This document shows positions 1 through 9,579 of a DNA stretch of 64,000 bases, one piece after another. Below the pieces are notes generated by a model. That model did no database searches. It was not told the DNA's origin and saw nothing but the letters and a program-made list of their open reading frames with translations. Made by a program: the position numbers and the translations under genes. Position 1 is the stretch's first letter, and the number at the start of each line of letters is the position of its first letter. Source of the DNA: an uncultured Alkaliflexus sp. (lineage in GTDB: Bacteria; Bacteroidota; Bacteroidia; Bacteroidales; Marinilabiliaceae); contig CAYNFX010000001.1 of assembly GCA_964396555.1 (NCBI GenBank), positions 14,685 to 78,684 on the forward strand, in the 5' to 3' direction.

Positions 1-906
1 AAAGAACGTTGTGATGCAGGTTACGGAGTGGGTGCCACAGGACTTGCTGTGTACCTTGACTTCAAAGAATCTATCGAGCGTTTGGGTATTGACGCCATTC
101 GTGCAAGATATGGTAACCTCTTCCAGATGTATGAAAAGATTGTTGACGACAATCCATATGAAACCCCAATGATGATTTATCCTGCTATTCACTATACCAT
201 GGGTGGTATCTGGGTTGACTATGAATTGCAAACATCTATACCTGGTCTGTTCTGCGCAGGAGAGGCCAACTTCTCTGACCACGGTGCTAACCGCCTTGGA
301 GCATCAGCCTTGATGCAGGGTCTGGCTGACGGATACTTTGTATTGCCTTATACAGTACAAAATTACCTGGCAGATCAAATCCGTACTCCGCGTATGACAA
401 CTAATGAGAAAGAGTTTGTCGAAGCAGAAAGGGAATCTTCTGAAAGACTTACAAAACTACTTTCTGTAAATGGTAAGCGTTCAGTTGACAGCATTCACAA
501 GGAGCTGGGTCTTGTAATGTGGGATTTCGTAGGTATGGCCCGCAACGCTGACGGACTTAAGAAAGCTGTTGAGAGAATCAAAGAGATCAAGAAGGAGTTT
601 TGGACAAACGTTAGAATCCCCGGATCAGATGAAGGTATGAACATTGAACTTGAAAAAGCCAACCGCCTGGCTGATTTTATTGAAATTGGTGAGTTGATGG
701 CTTTGGATGCACTGCAGCGCGAAGAGTCCTGCGGAGGTCACTTCCGTGAAGAGCATCAAACTGAAGAAGGTGAGGCTTTGAGACATGATGATAAGTACGC
801 CTATGTAGCATGCTGGGAATTTAAGGGTGACAACCAAGAACCTGAAATGCACAGGGAGGAACTTAAGTATGAAGAGATCAAGGTGGCTCAACGTAACTAC
901 AAATAG
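1..906 (+). CDS. sdhA: Succinate dehydrogenase/fumarate reductase flavoprotein subunit, C-terminal part (5' end outside window)
   Basis: Frame is open from base 1 ([11 protein letters not shown]...). Contains [24 protein letters not shown] and [10 protein letters not shown] flavoprotein motifs. Directly upstream of the Fe-S subunit. Confidence 0.95.
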   Translation, partial: KERCDAGYGVGATGLAVYLDFKESIERLGIDAIRARYGNLFQMYEKIVDDNPYETPMMIYPAIHYTMGGIWVDYELQTSIPGLFCAGEANFSDHGANRLGASALMQGLADGYFVLPYTVQNYLADQIRTPRMTTNEKEFVEAERESSERLTKLLSVNGKRSVDSIHKELGLVMWDFVGMARNADGLKKAVERIKEIKKEFWTNVRIPGSDEGMNIELEKANRLADFIEIGELMALDALQREESCGGHFREEHQTEEGEALRHDDKYAYVACWEFKGDNQEPEMHREELKYEEIKVAQRNYK

Positions 907-943
907 TAGGTAAGCAAGTTCAATTTTAACTGGAGTATCGATT

Positions 944-1699
944 ATGGAAAAAATGATAAATATTACACTTAAAGTTTGGAAGCAAAAAAACTCCCGCGAG
1001 AAAGGGCGTTTTGAAACCTTTAAGTTGTCAAACGTCTCAACAGACAGCTCCTTCCTTGAAATGATGGACATCCTGAATGAACAGCTTATCAATGAAGGAA
1101 AAGAACCCGTAGCATTTGACCACGACTGCCGCGAAGGTATCTGCGGTATGTGTTCACTATACATTAATGGTCACCCGCATGGACCTGATGATGGTGTTAC
1201 AACCTGCCAGCTTCACATGCGTAAGTTTAAGGACGGTGATGTGATCACTATTGAGCCATGGCGTTCAGCTGCATTCCCGGTAATTAAGGATCTTATCGTA
1301 GACCGTTCTGCTTTTGATAAGATCATCATGGCTGGCGGTTATGTTTCTGTTAGTACCGGAGGTGTGCCTGATGCAAACGCAATACCGATTCCAAAGGACG
1401 CAGCTGACGAAGCTATGGATGCAGCATCTTGCATCGGTTGCGGTGCCTGTGTAGCCGCTTGTAAGAATGGTTCAGCCATGCTCTTTGTTTCTGCAAAGGT
1501 AAGCCAACTTGCATTGCTGCCTCAGGGTAAAGTAGAAGCGGCAAGAAGGGCTAAAGCTATGGTTGCTCGTATGGACGAACTTGGCTTTGGTAACTGTACT
1601 AACACTGGTGCCTGCGAAGTAGAATGCCCCAAGGGTGTTTCAATTGCCAATATTGCCCGTCTTAATCGCGAATATCTTGTAGCAAAGATCAAAGATTGA
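944..1699 (+). CDS. sdhB: Succinate dehydrogenase/fumarate reductase iron-sulfur subunit
   Basis: CREGICGMC 2Fe-2S motif, [11 protein letters not shown] and [12 protein letters not shown] Fe-S motifs. Confidence 0.95.
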   Translation: MEKMINITLKVWKQKNSREKGRFETFKLSNVSTDSSFLEMMDILNEQLINEGKEPVAFDHDCREGICGMCSLYINGHPHGPDDGVTTCQLHMRKFKDGDVITIEPWRSAAFPVIKDLIVDRSAFDKIIMAGGYVSVSTGGVPDANAIPIPKDAADEAMDAASCIGCGACVAACKNGSAMLFVSAKVSQLALLPQGKVEAARRAKAMVARMDELGFGNCTNTGACEVECPKGVSIANIARLNREYLVAKIKD

Positions 1700-1726
1700 T
1701 TTTGCTGTAACACCAATACTGATGAT

Positions 1727-1759
1727 TCCCCGGCAGCTATTGCTGCCGGGGATTTTTTT
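1727..1759 (+). terminator. Intrinsic terminator after sdhB
   Basis: 11-bp stem TCCCCGGCAGC/GCTGCCGGGGA, 4-nt loop, then T7. Confidence 0.85.
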
Positions 1760-1908
1760 CTTTATGCAGGAATATTTTACTCTGGCGTATGCCGCTTGTT
1801 TTGAAATAATTGTCCCATGAGGAAATATTTTAGTGATATTTGCATTCAGTATTAAAACGTGTTATTTATTCTATTTTTGCTGAAGCACTAAACAGTAAGT
1901 CTGTTTAT

Positions 1909-3258
1909 ATGTCAAATAATTCCAGTCCTGTTGAGCTGGGCTCAAAGAATATCTGGCCCTTGCTTATCCAGTATGCTGTACCTTCGGTGATCGCGATGAC
2001 TTCCACATCACTGTACAATATTACGGGTAGTATTTTTATTGGTCAGGGTGTAGGTGCTTTGGCTATTGCCGGACTAGCAGTAACCTTTCCTCTGATGAAT
2101 CTTGGCGCTGCATTTGGTTCTCTAGTTGGGGTAGGTGCCTCCACTCTTATGTCGCTGCGTCTTGGGCAGAGAGATTATGAATCGGCCAATAGCATTCTGG
2201 GAAATGTATTTGTTCTAAACCTGATAATTGGCTTAGCCTATACCGTGGTGATTCTTATTTTTATGAATCCCATCCTGCACTTCTTTGGGGCCAGCGATGC
2301 TTCTCTACCCTTTGCCCGCGACTACATGGTGATAATTTCACTGGGTAATATATTCACGCACATGTTTCTTGGCCTAAATGCCTTATTAAGGGCAACAGGT
2401 AAGCCAAAGATATCAATGTTTACCACTATCTGCTCAGTGATTATTAATATAGGCCTTACAGCGCTTTTTATCTTTGTTTTTAAGTGGGGTATAAGAGGAG
2501 CGGCACTGGCAACTGTTATTTCGCAGGTGCTTATGCTTTTATGGCAGATAGCGATTTTCAGTGATAAGAGAGAGTTTATTCACCTCCAGAGAGATACGTT
2601 CCGCCTGAAAAAGAAGATTGTTAAAAATTCCCTTGTGATTGGACTTTCTCCGTTTCTGATGAATGCTGCAGCCTCACTTGTTGTAATCTTTGTCAACAGA
2701 CAGTTGGCTGCTAATGGTGGTGATATGGCTATTGGAGCCTATGGTATTATTAACCGTTTGGTAATGCTCTTTGCCATGATCGTCATGGGACTTAACCAGG
2801 GAATGCAGCCTATTGTTGGGTACAACTATGGTGCGGGTAACATTGAAAGGGTGAAGAGTGCCTTTGGAAAAACTCTTTTACTGGCATTCTGTGTTTTGGC
2901 TCTTGGCTATATTGTAGGGAAAACTTTCCCAACACAGATTGCCGAGTTGTTTACAAATGATGAAGAGCTGATAGGGCTGGCTTCCTCAGGACTGATTATA
3001 GTGATGACCTTTTTCCCCCTTGTCAGTGTTCAGATGGTTGTATCCAACCTATTTCAGAGTATCGGAAAGTCAGGACCTGCAATATTCCTGTCGCTTACGC
3101 GTCAGGTATTGTTCCTGCTCCCATTGATGATCATCCTTCCTGATTTATACGGCGTCAATGGTGTGTGGTACAGTATGAGAACAGCTGACCTTATGTCATT
3201 TTGTGTTGCACTTACATTACTTATCATTCAGTACCGTAGATTAGTGAGTAGCAGTTAA
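1909..3258 (+). CDS. MATE family efflux transporter
   Basis: About 12 hydrophobic segments in two repeats, typical MATE motifs (GIRGAALAT, QGMQPIVGYNYGA). ATG at 1909 preferred over the TTG at 1840 because a TATTTTTG -7 box lies at 1872-1879. Confidence 0.85.
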   Translation: MSNNSSPVELGSKNIWPLLIQYAVPSVIAMTSTSLYNITGSIFIGQGVGALAIAGLAVTFPLMNLGAAFGSLVGVGASTLMSLRLGQRDYESANSILGNVFVLNLIIGLAYTVVILIFMNPILHFFGASDASLPFARDYMVIISLGNIFTHMFLGLNALLRATGKPKISMFTTICSVIINIGLTALFIFVFKWGIRGAALATVISQVLMLLWQIAIFSDKREFIHLQRDTFRLKKKIVKNSLVIGLSPFLMNAAASLVVIFVNRQLAANGGDMAIGAYGIINRLVMLFAMIVMGLNQGMQPIVGYNYGAGNIERVKSAFGKTLLLAFCVLALGYIVGKTFPTQIAELFTNDEELIGLASSGLIIVMTFFPLVSVQMVVSNLFQSIGKSGPAIFLSLTRQVLFLLPLMIILPDLYGVNGVWYSMRTADLMSFCVALTLLIIQYRRLVSSS

Positions 3259-3281
3259 GACTTGAACATAATGAATATACC

Positions 3282-3908
3282 ATGTCAACAAATATTATTA
3301 CTATAGGTCGCCAACCAGGCAGCGGAGGAAGACTCATTGCCGCGCGTCTTTCGGAGATGCTTGGGTACAAGGTCTATGACAAGAACCTGCTTAACATTGC
3401 TTCCAGAGAAAGCGGACTTAGCAGAGAATTTTTTGAGAAATTTGATGAAAAAGCCAGCTTTAGTATTTTTGGCAGCTGGTTTGGAATTCATGACAATGTC
3501 ACCGATGAGATTTACTCAGGTAGTTACCTGAGTAATGAATCTCTGTTTCAGATTCAGAGCAGTGTTATCAGGAAAATTGCAGAGAAGGAGTCGGCTATTT
3601 TTTTGGGACGTTGTGCAGATTATGTTCTAAGTGATCATCCGGGTGTGTTAAGTGTTTTTGTGACGGCTTATTTGCCAGACAGGATTAAAAGGATGTCGGA
3701 GTATAAAGATATTAATGAACAGAAGGCCAGGGAGTGGGTAGTCAGATCTGACAAAAAGAGAAGATCCTATTACAACTATTTTAGCAACAAGGAGTGGGGA
3801 CATGCTTCGGCTTATAACCTGTGTATTAATACTTCAGAATTTGGAATTGAGAAGGCAACTGAACTTATATACAAGCTTGCAGTTGATCGGTTCGGACTGA
3901 AACGGTAA
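3282..3908 (+). CDS. Cytidylate kinase-like family protein
   Basis: IITIGRQPGSGG P-loop-like start, IFLGRCADYVL, and the C-terminal D..R..YY.YF...WG...Y.LCINTS pattern of this family. Confidence 0.8.
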   Translation: MSTNIITIGRQPGSGGRLIAARLSEMLGYKVYDKNLLNIASRESGLSREFFEKFDEKASFSIFGSWFGIHDNVTDEIYSGSYLSNESLFQIQSSVIRKIAEKESAIFLGRCADYVLSDHPGVLSVFVTAYLPDRIKRMSEYKDINEQKAREWVVRSDKKRRSYYNYFSNKEWGHASAYNLCINTSEFGIEKATELIYKLAVDRFGLKR

Positions 3909-3943
3909 TCGACAAGAAAGATTATCAAAAGCCTTACGAATAA

Positions 3944-5038
3944 ATGAAAGGAATACTGACAATAATTCTGGCCCTTGCCTTTTCTGCCTCTGATATTCTG
4001 GCATGGTCTGATCTGTGGCATCCTTTGGCTCCCGGCAGAGATAAGAATGATATTGGAAAACTTCACTGGGGGCTCAATGGATCTATGTTTTTTATAAACA
4101 ATGAGTATTTCGGCGATATAGTGGAAGGCTATACAATGCCCGGGCATTATGTTGAGCCCTATGCAAAGTACAATCTGTCTGAGCACTTTAGTCTTAAAGC
4201 CGGTTTTAATATTTTGAAGTATTACGGCATGGATGAGGATGCAGAGTTTTATCCCGTATTGGCAGCAACCATAAAGTTTAGCGAGATGTTGGAGCTAACA
4301 ATGGGTGGAATAGATGCCAATGCAGATTATGACCTGTCTGACATTCTTATGTATAAGGAAGATAATTACAGATCACCTGTAAATAATGGTTTTCAGTTGC
4401 GCTACCTGGGAGACGTTTTTAAGGGAAGTGCATGGATAAGCTGGGATCAGTTTATTAGAAAGGGGGATACTATACCGGAAATTTTTACGGCTGGGGTAAA
4501 CCTAAGGCCGACTTTGTTGAAAAGTGAAAGTGGTTGGACTCTTGATGTCCCTTTTCAAATGACGGTTTTTCACAGGGGAGGTCAGATAAGTAATTTCTCA
4601 GAAAAAGGTGCGAGCATTATCAATCTGCTCGCCGGCCTTGAGGCTGGCAGGACCTTAAATGGAAAGTTAGATTACCTGGAGTTGTTTGCTCACTATCTTG
4701 CATATAAAGACATTAAAGAAGAGAACAACTTCGGAATAAACAAGGGCAATGGCTTTTTTGGAGGTGTGAATCTTGGAGCAGGTTCACTAGAACTTCTTGT
4801 TGCATACTGGCGTGGGAAAGATTTTTTGTCATCTCAGGGGAACCCTATGTTTAATTCCGTATCAGACTATAAAATTGGCCTTGATTTTAGTAATCGGGAA
4901 ATGCTTAGGTCTCAGTTGATGTGGAGCCGATATGTGACTGAAAGAGTTGTTTTTTCATTTTTGATGGATTCTTATTACGACACAAAAAGTAGTCAATTTG
5001 ACTATGGCTGGGGTTTACATATAAGCTTCGCATTGTAA
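3944..5038 (+). CDS. Hypothetical exported protein, probable outer-membrane beta-barrel
   Basis: N-terminal signal peptide; alternating aromatic/hydrophobic strand pattern ending in YGWGLHISFAL. Confidence 0.55.
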   Translation: MKGILTIILALAFSASDILAWSDLWHPLAPGRDKNDIGKLHWGLNGSMFFINNEYFGDIVEGYTMPGHYVEPYAKYNLSEHFSLKAGFNILKYYGMDEDAEFYPVLAATIKFSEMLELTMGGIDANADYDLSDILMYKEDNYRSPVNNGFQLRYLGDVFKGSAWISWDQFIRKGDTIPEIFTAGVNLRPTLLKSESGWTLDVPFQMTVFHRGGQISNFSEKGASIINLLAGLEAGRTLNGKLDYLELFAHYLAYKDIKEENNFGINKGNGFFGGVNLGAGSLELLVAYWRGKDFLSSQGNPMFNSVSDYKIGLDFSNREMLRSQLMWSRYVTERVVFSFLMDSYYDTKSSQFDYGWGLHISFAL

Positions 5039-5173
5039 CGGCCCTAAAATAGTTTTAAGCAAGTATCTGAAGATCATATTTGGGGTGTATTGACATGATG
5101 GGCAATGCATAACTATTTGGATTTGGTTTATCAATTTATTGCTTAATGCATTGGTAGTTACAAAAAATAGTGC

Positions 5174-5181
5174 TAATTTTG
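5174..5181 (+). promoter_or_regulatory. Bacteroidota sigma70 -7 box for the rplM operon
   Basis: TAATTTTG matches TAnnTTTG, followed by GC, upstream of rplM. Confidence 0.65.
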
Positions 5182-5346
5182 CGGCCGATTATTATCCATA
5201 CACAAGTGTAAGTGGACTGTATCTCAGGAGTTTTACACCGGCTCGAACAGCAGTGCCCGACTGTTGTGCGGGGTGGGAGATATGGTTTACACTAATTGCA
5301 ATTGTTTTAATTATTTGTAGGTCGAATCTAAAATTGTAAAGAGAAA

Positions 5347-5802
5347 GTGGATACCTTAAGTTTTAAGACCGAATCTGCAACAAAGGCAAGTATTCAAAAG
5401 GAATGGCTTGTAGTTGATGCGACTGACCAGGTACTTGGCAGACTCGGAACAAAGGTGGCTATTATCCTGAGAGGGAAACATAAGCCCAATTATACGCCCA
5501 ACCTGGATTGTGGCGACAACGTTATCATTATTAATGCCGATAAGGTAAAACTGACAGGCAAAAAATGGAGCGATAGAGTATTTTTCTATCATAGCGGTTA
5601 TCCTGGTGGACAAAGGGAAGTAACTCCTGCTATGCTTTTTGCTAAGAGTCCGGAACAATTAGTTCTGCGCACTGTAAAGGGAATGTTGCCCAAGGGTACA
5701 TTGGGCAGGAAGGTTTTGTCTAATTTGTTTATTTATTCCGGCCCTGAGCATAAGCATGAGGCTCAGCAACCAAGGGCTATTGATTTGAACGCTATTAAAT
5801 GA
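5347..5802 (+). CDS. rplM: 50S ribosomal protein L13
   Basis: WLVVDA...LGRL, LRGKHKPNYTP..DCGD, SGYPGG, VKGMLPK; GTG start. Confidence 0.98.
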   Translation: MDTLSFKTESATKASIQKEWLVVDATDQVLGRLGTKVAIILRGKHKPNYTPNLDCGDNVIIINADKVKLTGKKWSDRVFFYHSGYPGGQREVTPAMLFAKSPEQLVLRTVKGMLPKGTLGRKVLSNLFIYSGPEHKHEAQQPRAIDLNAIK

Positions 5803-5807
5803 TTGTT

Positions 5808-6194
5808 ATGGAAGTAATTAATGCCATTGGAAGAAGAAAAACTGCCGTAGCCCGCATTTATCTGAGTGAAGGCAAGGGACAAGTAAGCATAAACAAACGT
5901 GGACTGGAAGAGTATTTTCCAGAAAAGACCCTGCAGTATATAGTTAAACAACCTTTGGAACTACTTGGTGTAGCTGGTAATTACGATATCAAGGCAAACC
6001 TTGATGGAGGCGGTATCAAGGGTCAGGCCGAAGCTCTTCGTTTAGCTATTGCACGTGCACTTGTAAAGATCAATGCCGAGGTTAAGCCATCTCTTCGCGC
6101 TAAAGGTTTTCTTACCCGCGATTCAAGAGTGGTTGAAAGGAAGAAGCCGGGTCGTCCGAAGGCTCGTAAGAGATTCCAGTTCAGCAAGAGATAA
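5808..6194 (+). CDS. rpsI: 30S ribosomal protein S9
   Basis: GRRKTAVAR, GGGIKGQAEALRLAIARAL, ERKKPG..KARK..QFSKR; start at second ATG. Confidence 0.98.
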   Translation: MEVINAIGRRKTAVARIYLSEGKGQVSINKRGLEEYFPEKTLQYIVKQPLELLGVAGNYDIKANLDGGGIKGQAEALRLAIARALVKINAEVKPSLRAKGFLTRDSRVVERKKPGRPKARKRFQFSKR

Positions 6195-6298
6195 TACGGC
6201 ACAGGTGCGTTTAGTATCTAAACCGGTGAGATTTCTTACATGGAACTACTTATCGGTTGCCTGACAAAAAAGAATGTAAACGACTTAATTAAAGAACA

Positions 6299-7156
6299 AT
6301 GCCAAAAATTGGATTTCAAGAATTACTTGATGCCGGAGTACATTTCGGCCACCTTACCAGAAAGTGGAACCCCGCAATGGCTCCGTACATCTTCATGGAG
6401 CGCAACGGTATCCATATTATTGACCTGCACAAGACAGCTGCAAAAATTGATGAAGCTGGCGCAGCGTTAAAACAAATTGCAAAATCGGGACGCAAAATTT
6501 TGTTCGTAGCCACAAAAAAGCAGGCTAAGGAAATTATAGCCAATAAAGTTGGTTCTGTCAATATGCCTTACGTTGTTGAACGTTGGCCAGGTGGTATGCT
6601 TACCAACTTTCCAACTATACGTAAGGCTGTCAAGAAGATGACTTCAATCGACAGAATGATGACTGATACAAGCTGGACTAGCCTTTCAAAAAGGGAAAAG
6701 CTGCAAATCTCACGTCAACGTGCTAAGCTGGAAAAGAACCTTGGTAGTATTGCCGACCTTAACAGACTTCCTGCTGCAATGTTTGTAGTGGATGTTATGA
6801 AGGAACACATTGCTGTTAAAGAGGCTATTCGTTTGGGTATCCCTGTTTTCGCAATGGTTGATACTAACTCGGATCCAGGCAACGTTGACTTCGTAATCCC
6901 TGCTAATGATGATGCGTCAAACTCTATCGAACTGATCATTGGCGCAATGGTTGATGCCATCAAGGAAGGTCTTACCGAACGCAAAGCTGACAAGGAAAAT
7001 GAAGCTCCTGCAAAGGATAAGAACTCTAAGGGAGGTAGAAAAGGTGAATCTAAAGCCAGAGTGAAAGGTCGCAAGGAAGATGAAGAGGCTGATGAGGCTG
7101 TAGAAGTTGAAGCCGCAGATAAGGCTAATGATATTGATGCCGAAGTTCAGGAATAA
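6299..7156 (+). CDS. rpsB: 30S ribosomal protein S2
   Basis: LLDAGVHFGH, WNPAMAPYIF, RWPGGMLTNF, DTNSDP, PANDDA. Confidence 0.98.
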   Translation: MPKIGFQELLDAGVHFGHLTRKWNPAMAPYIFMERNGIHIIDLHKTAAKIDEAGAALKQIAKSGRKILFVATKKQAKEIIANKVGSVNMPYVVERWPGGMLTNFPTIRKAVKKMTSIDRMMTDTSWTSLSKREKLQISRQRAKLEKNLGSIADLNRLPAAMFVVDVMKEHIAVKEAIRLGIPVFAMVDTNSDPGNVDFVIPANDDASNSIELIIGAMVDAIKEGLTERKADKENEAPAKDKNSKGGRKGESKARVKGRKEDEEADEAVEVEAADKANDIDAEVQE

Positions 7157-7240
7157 ACTCTTTGGGATTCTACTAACTACTTAAAATAAAAGTTTGGGGA
7201 GTCATTTCCCCAAACTTATCATCTTTAAAAAGGAGATATT

Positions 7241-8068
7241 ATGGCTATTACAGCAGCAGACGTAAGCAAACTTAGGAAAATGACCGGCGCAGGTATGATG
7301 GACTGCAAGAATGCCCTCACCGAAGCCAACGGCGATTTCGATGCAGCGATCGACATCATTCGCAAAAAAGGACAGGCAATTGCCAACAAACGTTCAGACC
7401 GCGAAGCTTCTGAAGGTGTAGTCCTTGGGAAGGTAACTGCTGACGGAAAGAAGGGTGCAATTTTGGTTTTAAATTGCGAAACTGACTTTGTTGCAAAGAA
7501 TGAAAGCTTTATTGCTCTGACACAATCGATCCTTGATCTGGCACTTAACAGCAACGTTACTACTGTTGAAGATGTATTAGGCCTCTCACTGGATGGTATT
7601 GCTGTTAAGGATGTTATCACACATCAAATTGGTGTTATCGGCGAAAAGCTTGAATTGCCTTACTATGATGTTATCAAGGCTGAGAGTGTTGTAGCTTATA
7701 TTCACCCAGGTAACAAACTCGCTACTCTAGTTGGGTTTAACAAAGGAGGTGTAGAAATTCAGGTTGGTCGTGACGTAGCTATGCAGGTTGCTGCCATGAA
7801 TCCAGTATCTGTGGATCGTGACTCAGTACCTCAGTCAGTTATTGATAAGGAACTTGAAATTGCCAAGGAACAAACTCGTCTTGAAGGTAAGCCAGAAGAA
7901 ATGGTCGAAAAGATCGCTCTTGGTCGTCTCAGCAAGTTCTTTAAGGAAAGCACTCTACTTGAACAAATCTTTGTAAAAGACGGAAAGATCAGCGTACGTG
8001 AATATGTACAAAAGGCTGACAAAGAACTTACAGTAACTGAATTTAAGCGTTATTCTCTGAATAACTAA
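7241..8068 (+). CDS. tsf: Elongation factor Ts
   Basis: LRKMTGAGMMDCKNAL, NCETDFVAKN, AMQVAAMNP. Confidence 0.98.
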   Translation: MAITAADVSKLRKMTGAGMMDCKNALTEANGDFDAAIDIIRKKGQAIANKRSDREASEGVVLGKVTADGKKGAILVLNCETDFVAKNESFIALTQSILDLALNSNVTTVEDVLGLSLDGIAVKDVITHQIGVIGEKLELPYYDVIKAESVVAYIHPGNKLATLVGFNKGGVEIQVGRDVAMQVAAMNPVSVDRDSVPQSVIDKELEIAKEQTRLEGKPEEMVEKIALGRLSKFFKESTLLEQIFVKDGKISVREYVQKADKELTVTEFKRYSLNN

Positions 8069-8088
8069 TTTCAACAAGATATTGATAT

Positions 8089-8124
8089 AAAAGAGGTTGC
8101 CCCGAAGGGCAACCTCTTTTTTTT
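8089..8124 (+). terminator. Intrinsic terminator after tsf
   Basis: AAAAGAGGTTGCCC-CGAA-GGGCAACCTCTTTT plus further T run. Confidence 0.9.
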
Positions 8125-8250
8125 GATTGATGCCGGCACAATTCTATGGTTTAGAGGTCAAGTTACATGTAACAAAATTCCTTAAGGAATACTTTATCTC
8201 CGAAAAACGGCCTATTTTTGAAAATTAGTTGCTAATTATAAAAGTTTATC

Positions 8251-8958
8251 ATGCAATATAAAAGGATACTGTTGAAGTTGAGCGGCGAATCGCTAATGGG
8301 TAAACAAGGCTACGGGATCGATGCCCAACGCCTGAACGACTATGCTGAACAGGTGGCGGAAATTGCCGCAATGGGAGTTGAAATTGGAATAGTAATAGGT
8401 GGTGGCAATATATTCAGGGGCCTTAGTGGAGCCTCCAAGGGCTTTGACCGTTACAAGGGCGATCAGATGGGTATGTTGGCCACAGTGATTAATGCATTGG
8501 CTCTGGCTTCTGCATTGAATGCACTTGGGACAAAGGCTCGTGTCCTGACTGCCATTCGTATGGAACCAGTTGGTGAGTATTATTCCAAACCCAGAGCCAT
8601 GGAGGCTCTCAACGCAGGCGAGGTTGTAATTCTGGCCGGAGGTACCGGCAATCCATATTTTACTACAGATACTGGTTCAGCTCTTAGAGGCATCGAGATT
8701 GAAGCTGAAGTAATGCTTAAAGGAACCAGGGTGGACGGTGTATATACTGCGGATCCAGAAAAAGATCCTACTGCGACAAGATTTGACAAGATATCATTCG
8801 ACGAGGTATATACAAGGGGTCTTAAGATAATGGATCTTACTGCTACAGCAATGTGCAACGAGAACAATTTGCCGGTGCTGGTATTTAATATGGATGTAAA
8901 GGGAAATCTTAAGAAGGTACTTTCTGGAGAAAAAATCGGGACCTTTGTGCATCCCTGA
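8251..8958 (+). CDS. pyrH: UMP kinase
   Basis: RILLKLSGE, IVIGGGNIFRG, GTGNPYFTTD, DGVYTADP, GLKIMDLTA. Confidence 0.97.
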   Translation: MQYKRILLKLSGESLMGKQGYGIDAQRLNDYAEQVAEIAAMGVEIGIVIGGGNIFRGLSGASKGFDRYKGDQMGMLATVINALALASALNALGTKARVLTAIRMEPVGEYYSKPRAMEALNAGEVVILAGGTGNPYFTTDTGSALRGIEIEAEVMLKGTRVDGVYTADPEKDPTATRFDKISFDEVYTRGLKIMDLTATAMCNENNLPVLVFNMDVKGNLKKVLSGEKIGTFVHP

Positions 8959-8981
8959 TCATACGGATAAGTGGCAGAGCC

Positions 8982-9416
8982 TCAGGCTCCTGCCATTTGC
9001 CTGTCTCCTCTTATGATATCCCTGATATCTGCAACTATCATAAGAGCTTCTTCACGTACTTCATACGGGAGGTTTATGTTGCGCAATTGTAAGCTGCGCA
9101 GCCAGCCTGCCACTTCCTCATCGCGCATTGTGTATAGTATTCCCTTGAATTCGTCGATCTGTTCTTTCTGGTAGTCTTCAGGTCTTACCCCGGCATACTT
9201 GTCCAACTCCTCATCATCATAGTAAACTATCGCCGCAGATGTGGCAAGCAGACTATCCTTATCGCATACCTCATGTGCACCGCAACAACCCTCGCTGTCA
9301 TCGGCCGCATTTACAGGAGTGGCCTCTGCGCTGCCTTCCTTTGATAATGCTGAGATCCTACTCCTAGCATAGACGAGTATCCCGACTGCTACAATTATTA
9401 AAATAGTCAACCACAT
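8982..9416 (-). CDS. Membrane-anchored hypothetical protein with CCGxHxxC motif
   Basis: N-terminal TM helix, CCGAHEVC, YYDDEELD; resembles a conserved Bacteroidales hypothetical family. Confidence 0.7.
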   Translation of the reverse strand: MWLTILIIVAVGILVYARSRISALSKEGSAEATPVNAADDSEGCCGAHEVCDKDSLLATSAAIVYYDDEELDKYAGVRPEDYQKEQIDEFKGILYTMRDEEVAGWLRSLQLRNINLPYEVREEALMIVADIRDIIRGDRQMAGA

Positions 9417-9579
9417 AGTGCAAAGTTACATTGTTTTAAGGAGGGCCTTCTCTAATTTGAGTTAAAAATATTGAATCAGACCGGGTTTGAGAACTGAAAA
9501 AGAAATGTACTTTTGATCCGCATTAAGTTTGTTGCCTGAATACTAGCACTTGGCAGCAGTATACAATTAATCTTGCGAT

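Noticed and set aside
904-909. Tandem TAG TAG stops (sdhA, tonB3, nagB) as a sign of amber recoding
   Set aside because: All genes translate intact in the standard code and no ORF needs TAG or TGA read-through.
5139-5339. 66-aa ORF upstream of rplM as a leader peptide
   Set aside because: Its TTG start lies upstream of the -7 box, so it would not be on the transcript; the RNA structure explains the region better.
8958-8982. frr missing after pyrH
   Set aside because: Gene-order variation only; frr is presumably elsewhere and no remnant is visible.
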